Of a DNA stretch of 64,000 nucleotides, positions 57,798-64,000 are shown one piece after another (position 1 is the first letter of the stretch; each line of letters begins with the position of its first letter). Origin of the DNA: Leucoraja ocellata (Eukaryota); the NCBI GenBank assembly GCA_036785375.1, contig JAWMAR010001278.1, positions 124,001 to 188,000 on the forward strand, written 5' to 3'. A program made the translations under genes and the position numbers. The notes beneath the pieces were generated by a model. That model saw nothing but the letters and a program-made list of their open reading frames with translations, searched no databases and was not told where the DNA came from.

Positions 57798-60700
57798 ATG
57801 GACGAAATATGGATTGTTAGAGTCATATATGCGATCCAAAAGATATACTACCCCATCCTGGCTATTCTCGGTGTGCCCGGTAAGTCAGAAGAATTGTCGT
57901 TTGTGCTTGAATATTTGACAAACTGGCTGTATGTCTCACGAAACTCCCTATATTCATTTCCAGTTGAGCGATCGCCCTCTGCTGACGGATTATTAAGGCG
58001 CGAGTAATTGGTACCGTGACGGCCACGTTCACCAGTGCATTTTACGGGATGAAACGAAGATAGATCGGCAACTTCCCCGTGTTTGCACTGTTCGATATCG
58101 TGCCCAGTGACGTTGTAGTGGGTTCCCTTGTTCCAGCTAAATTGGTGGAACACACAAAGTCACAGTGGATAGTAGAAAATGTGAAATATTAAGGGAGTAA
58201 GTGGGGTGGCAACTGGTCTGGCCATTGTTTTAAATTAGTGCCCTTACACTGGCTGGGTTCCGGCATCACATTATCCCAGCAGGTGCAGGAGTATTGCGGA
58301 GCGGGTATAGAATGATGAAACATCTCGAACCTAAACATGTTTCTGTCAAAATTACCCCCGTCTCCTCTTTCCGTCAACTGAACATCTCCGTGGTTACCGT
58401 GGAATTAAAACCTGCCCTCCAGATACAATATCATTTTGCCGTTTATTTAAATTGACTGATTTCCAAAACTGTAATTGAAGTAAGTAAGTAAGTTTATTGG
58501 CCAAGTATTCACATACAAGGAATTTGCCTTGGTGCTCCGCCCACTAGTAATAACATGACATACAGTGACAGTTACGATTGGCCGATTAGGAAACGGGGAG
58601 ATGCAACGAGACCTGGGTGTCATGGTACACCAGTCATTGAAAGTAGGCATGCAAGTGCAGCAGGCAGTGAAGAAAGCCAAGTTAGCTTTCAGTGAAGTTA
58701 GCTTTCATAGCAAAAGGATTTGAGTATAGGAGCAGGAGTGCTCTAGTGCAATTGTACAGGGTCTTGGTGAGACCACACCTAAAGTATTGCGTACACTTTT
58801 GGTCTCCACATCTGAGGTAATACATTCTTGCCATAGAGGGAGTACAGAGATTGTTCACCAGACTGATTCCTGGGATGTCAGGACTTTCATATGAAGTCTG
58901 GATAGACTCGGCTTGTACTCGCTTGAATTTAGAAGATTGAGGGGGAATCTAACAGAAACGTACACAATTCTTAAGGGGTTGGACAGGCTAGATGCAGGAA
59001 GATTGTTCCCGATGTTGGGGAAGTCCTGAACTAGGGGTCACAGTTTAATGATAAGGGGAAGTCTTTTAGGACCGAGATGAGGAAAACTTTTCTCACACAG
59101 AGAGTGGTGAATCTGTGGAATTATCTGCCACAGAAGATAGTTGAGGCCAGTTCATTGGCTATATTTAAGAGGGAGTTAGATGTGACCCTTGTGGATAAAG
59201 GGATCGGGTATGGAGAGAAGGCAGGTACAGGATACTGAGTTGGATGATCAGCCATGATCATATTGAATGGCGGTGCAGGCTCGAAGGGCCGAATGGCCTA
59301 CTCCTGCACCTATTTTCTATGTTTCCAAAACTTCAATTGAAGAGACAGTTCCACCGCATCGAGGTACTGCGGGGTGCAGTTCGGGCTTTGTTCCCCCTCT
59401 ATATGATCTCTGTGTGACTTGACATGTGTGCGATCATTTGATGTCACACCACTCTTTCCTCAATTGCAATTCTACTCCAAGATTAAAGCTACCAGAAATC
59501 ACACCTTCCCGTCAGTTACCAAGTCAAAGATGGGCATCATCTGGGTGCATTGCAAAATAGAAGTCAATCGATACTCACCAACTGCCAGGTAAGCGTCAAT
59601 CTTAGTAACGCCAATACAATCTTGGGTCCAGCCTGATACAGAACACGTGTCTGTGGCGATCAACGTGCTTTCACACTACATAAAAGATCTCCACCCGAAA
59701 CGTTGCCTGTCCCTTCTCTCCATAGATGCTGCCTCACCCGCTGAGCTTCTCCAGCATTTTTGTCTACCTTCTATTTTTCCAGCATCTGCAGTTCCATCGT
59801 AAACATAAGAGGACAATGTCGTAGCTACGGATGTTGATAGTGAGCAGTGTTATACCCATATGGTATTATTAATCCTTATACGTGGAGACCCATACTGATC
59901 TTTGTTTTCAGAATCACACAGGTGCATTGGTGGAATTTCTGCTGAACTTTATCAAAGTAGTGTGCGCTTAACTCATGTGAACCTCACAGTGCGCTGGTAA
60001 TATGTTCATTCTTTTTGCATCACAGTGAACCTGGTGACAATTGTGATCCTGTGTCGAGGAAAGTGTGGTCTCTCCAGCTGTGTGACTCGCTACCTGGTGG
60101 CCATGGCAGCGGCGGATCTACTGGTCATTATCTTTGACCTGATATTGAGACAGATTCCGATTGCTCATCAAATAAAATTTGTTAAGACCATCCCCCTGTG
60201 TAATATCCACGCAGTCCTGCTTTACGCAGCGACCGACTGTTCTGTCTGGTTCACCGTCTCCTTCACCTTTGACCGGTTTGTTGCCATCTGCTGCCAAAAG
60301 CTGAAGCATAGATATTGCACCGACAAAACAGCGGCTGTGGTTCTGGGCACGGTGAGTGCACTGAGCAGTGCAAAAAATGTTTACTGGTATTTTATGAACT
60401 CATCTTGGTACAGATTGTCGAATACTCCCTGGTTTTGTTTCATAGATGTCCGCGTTATGGTTTCACCTACCTGGGCAACGATTGAGTTTCTTCATTATAT
60501 TCTCACCCCCTGTGTCCCTTTTGTATTGATTCTGCTGCTCAATACTTTAACGGTCAGACATATTTTGGTGGTCAGTAGAGCCCGCAGGAGACTCTGAGAT
60601 CAGGAAAGTGCGAAGAGCTCCAGTGATCCCGAAATGGAGAATCGAAGGAAATCTGTGATATTGTTGTTCATTATTTCCGGGAATTTCATTTTGTTATGGG

Positions 60701-60921
60701 CGGTATTTACATTCTATTTAATATGGCGACGAATATATTATTTGACAAATTCAGGTTTTTTCCTTCCTACCTTTGTATCAGAAATAGGATTTATGCTGCA
60801 GCTGCTTAGTTGTTGCACAAACACGTGCATCTATGCAGTAACACAGACAAAGTTTAGAGAGCAGTATTTGACTGTGTTAATATATCCGGTTACTGTACTG
60901 ATAAGATTAATTAAACACTGA
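57798..60921 (+). pseudogene. GPR139/GPR142-like class A GPCR, join(57798-57879,60026-60921), with in-frame TGA at 60595-60597
   Basis: MDEIW...YYPILAILGVP|VNLVTIVILCRGKCGLS..VTRYLVAMAAADLL...SVWFTVSFTFDRFVAICCQ...RARRRL*DQ...DPEMENRRKS...LLSCCTNTCIYAVTQTKFRE. Seven hydrophobic segments and a phase-1 GT-AG intron. Confidence 0.88.
58580..59325 (+). mobile_element. CR1/HER1 3' fragment in GPCR intron
   Basis: ORF2 C-terminal remnants and GGCCGAATGGCCTACTCCTGCACCTATTTTCTATGTTTC tail. Confidence 0.85.
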
Positions 60922-60989
60922 AGAATGATAAAGGCTGAGACAATTAAAGTGTTATACTCAATAGTTAGAATCATAGATTTATAGAGAAA

Positions 60990-62238
60990 CTAGACTAAGT
61001 GGGACCCGTCGGGTCCCAGCATCACACGGGAGGGATGGTCACACAACGCAATATTGCACCTTTCCACCAATTCCAACATGAAGTAAGTAGTGCCTTTCAA
61101 CTTCAAGTCAAAGCACCCTAGCCACCATTTGCAGTAACTAATGCCTTTCAACTTCAAGCCAAAGCACCCATTTGCAGGCAGTGCCTTTTTACTTCAAACA
61201 ACCCATATTTTCATTTTCAAACCAGATTAAGGGTACTCACAGTTGTGTAGACATTTGTTCGGTTTCATTCAGAGCTCAGAGAGGCGTGACCCTTGGCTTC
61301 ATCCATCTTGCAGAGAGTGTGAGGCACACAACTTCCTGGTTTTATAGTCCCTACCCCTCCCTTCAGCAGGTGCAGCAGAGAGTGATTTTTTTAAACTTCA
61401 AGCCAAAGCTCCCAAGCCACCATTTGCAGTCAGTAGTGCCTTTTGAACTTTAAACCAAAGCTCCCAAGCCACCATTTGCAGTAAATAGTGCATTTCAACT
61501 TCAAGCCAAAGCACCCAAGCCACCATTTGCAGTAAGCAGTGCCTTTCAACTTCATGCCACCATTTTCATTAAGTAGTGTCTTTCAACTTCTAGCGAAAGC
61601 ACCCAAGCCACCGTTTGCAGCAAGTAGTGACTTTCGACTTCAAGCAAAGCACCCAAGCCACCGTTTGCAGTCATTAGTAACTTTCCACTTCAAGCCAAAG
61701 CACCCAATCCTCCATTTGCAGTAAGTAGTGCCTTTCAACTTCAAGCAAAGCTCCCAAGCCACCATTTACAGTAAGTAGTGCCTTTCAACTTCAAGCCAAA
61801 GCATCCAACAAACATTTGCAGGCAGTGCCTTTTTACTTCAAACCAACCATATTTTCATTTTCAAACCAGATTAAGGGTACCCACAGTTGTGTAGACATGT
61901 GTTCATTGTTATTCATAGCTCAGAGAGACATGACCCTTGGCTTCATCCATCTTGCAGAGAGTGAGTGAGGCACACCACTGTCTGGTTTTATAGCTCCTCC
62001 CCCCTTCCTCCAGCAGGGTCAGCAGAGAGAATGGTGATTAAAAAAAAAATTAATATATCTCTGATTTGTCATCGATGGTACAAATCCTCCGCACCCCATA
62101 AGGCGGGGGGCGGGGGGGGGGGGGGGGCTCTGAGTGAGGTGGCCAAAAATGACGTCCGTAGGTGGCGGCGTTCTGTCGGAAATCGCAGCACAGTGGGCCA
62201 AACGCGGTCAAGATCAGAGATTTAGTAATATAGATAGA
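60990..62238 (-). mobile_element. Non-autonomous Helitron with internal ~51-bp tandem repeats
   Basis: Plus strand A|CTAGACTAAGTGGGACCCGTCGGGTCCCA ... TTTAGTAATATAGATAGA|T, i.e. TC...hairpin...CTAG in an AT site. Termini are shared with the 17412 element. Confidence 0.88.
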
Positions 62239-63044
62239 TGCAGCACGCAAACAGCATCTGCACTCATCGAGACCGTGCCGAGCATCAACCTGCTACTTAC
62301 ACTAATCTGACATCTGTTGCATTCTCCATATATGCTATTATCCCCATATCCCACCACTCCCTCGATTCAAAATTCAGCAGACTAGTCGGGGAAATGCGCT
62401 CCACCTCATCATTGAAATTTGCAGGTTGCCGGAAACCGGGCTAAGCCTACGTGGTCAGCATGTGAAAGTGCAAATTCCGCAGTCAACAGGCAGAGGAGAG
62501 GACCAAGTGCAAGATTAACTCGGGAACCTTCTGCTGACTGATTGTGGGGTGGGCTGCGCTGAAGGCAAGCAAAGACCAGGACAAACCAGCGCCAGTAACA
62601 GGTTACCTCAATCAGGGTGTTTCTTTGAAAGGCCAAGGCAGGGCCGGAATTAGATGAACTAAGCTGTTCCACTTGTGAGGACCCTCTTAATCCCCCACCC
62701 CCACGACTGGAGAAAGATTGGCCGCCAACGCTAGTGACTGTGTGATCCCAAGAGGAACACATCGTTGTGAGCTGCAAATTGGTTAACCCACTTTTAATGG
62801 AGGAGGGGGGAATGTTTTACGGGTGGTTTGTGTTTAAACGAAATATGAGGTGCTGTTGCCGGCACTTGCGTGTGGCCTCACTCTGTTAATTGAGGAGTCT
62901 CATGACAGAAATGAATGGCATGGTAATGGGAAGAGGAGTAAAAATGGTTCGCCACTGGAAGATCGAGTAAGCCTTGACAAGTCGAATGTATGAGCCCTCC
63001 AACAATGTGGTTCCTAATTGGATGATTATATCTTACTGTCCATG

Positions 63045-63840
63045 GTTAGAGTCGGTCCAACAGTCTTTCAATTCTTCCAAGTGCTTCAGTATGAGATTCA
63101 CCCACAGGAGGAAACCGGTTACCATAAAGTACAAGATGGGGCACTCCACCCAGGAAGAGGTGAAACATCATCCCTACATGGGAGTGGAACTTAGCAGTGA
63201 TTTTAAATGGTCTATTCACATCAACCAAAGGATCACCAAGGCTAACAGAATGCTGGGATTGCAGAAGAAAAATATTTATTGTTGTTATAATTAGAATTAG
63301 ATCCTTTATATGTCATTTAACAGAACCAAGTGTATAGCCTGCAAGACTCTGATGAGACCCAAACGTTCAGTATTGCTCTGCGGTCTGGGATCCACAAAAC
63401 AAAACAGATGGGGACAAGTTAGAAAGAATTCAAAATAGAGTTGCAAGGTTTATCGTTGATGATTACAGCAGGGAGTCCAGTATCACTGAAATCCTTGCTG
63501 ATCTAGAGTGGGGAAACTCCTCAAGACCGTAGGACCAAATTACATCTGACGACCATCTATAATGAAATGCATGGGTTTATTCCAAGCAACATCAAGAGTC
63601 ATCATCAATCGACAAATTCATCCAGTGAACCAAAGAGCTGGTAATCGGGGGTTATCAAATAAAACATCATCCCAACAAATAAAGACTGTTATAGGTATTA
63701 ACTGCACCCAAAGACAATTCACAAATATAATCATCTCCACCATGACATTCGCACTGCACCCGACATCAAGACTTTCAAGACCATGCTAGAAACAATCAAT
63801 ATTAAGATGCTGACTTCCAAGGCCCACTTCAATATTTAAT
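63045..63840 (+). mobile_element. Old CR1/L2-group LINE ORF2 C-terminal remnant
   Basis: FNSSKC...HPYMGVELSSDFKWSIHINQRITKANRMLG, with frameshifts. Confidence 0.65.
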
Positions 63841-64000
63841 TGCGACTTTGCACATGACCCACCTCATATATGCGACAACCCGTGACGTCAAGATACAGAC
63901 ACAGAAACAGACTGCATCTTCTGACTGGGATAAACTGCCCCCACTTGGATATTCTGACTGTGCGGGATCGGTCCTGTTGTGATGCAGACTGGTTGTCGCA

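Noticed and set aside
60595-60600. TGA as selenocysteine or programmed readthrough
   Set aside because: Context TGA-GAT is not the TGA-CTA readthrough motif, no SECIS was recognised, and CpG decay of an Arg codon is simpler.

Overview
Vertebrate genomic DNA, very probably a cartilaginous fish (skate/ray-like; inferred from HE1-type tRNA SINEs, HER1/CR1 LINE tails and a two-exon GPR139-like receptor). About two thirds of the window is transposon debris (CR1, L1, Tx1-like, Rex/Babar, L2, Penelope, Helitrons, hAT MITE). Main gene: a + strand Siglec/MAG-like inhibitory receptor (CDS 2849-25688, 9 coding exons, about 637 aa): leader, V-set, four C2-type Ig domains, TM and two ITIMs. Its sialic-acid-binding Arg position is Lys. 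One ancestral Ig exon was disrupted by a LINE, and a later ~4.86 kb tandem duplication restored a 5-domain ectodomain. The gene's 3' half (TM plus both cytoplasmic exons) lies in the left arm of a ~36 kb inverted duplication (about 18.2-33.9 kb versus 36.2-54.2 kb). The right arm holds a second, open, splice-intact TM/ITIM cassette with no ectodomain visible in the window. An orphan signal-peptide-CxxCD (Izumo-like) fragment sits in the spacer. A GPR139-like GPCR with one in-frame stop lies at 57.8-60.9 kb. There are two assembly gaps (10866-11002, 54244-54443). All calls were made by eye, and TE boundaries are approximate unless a TSD is quoted.
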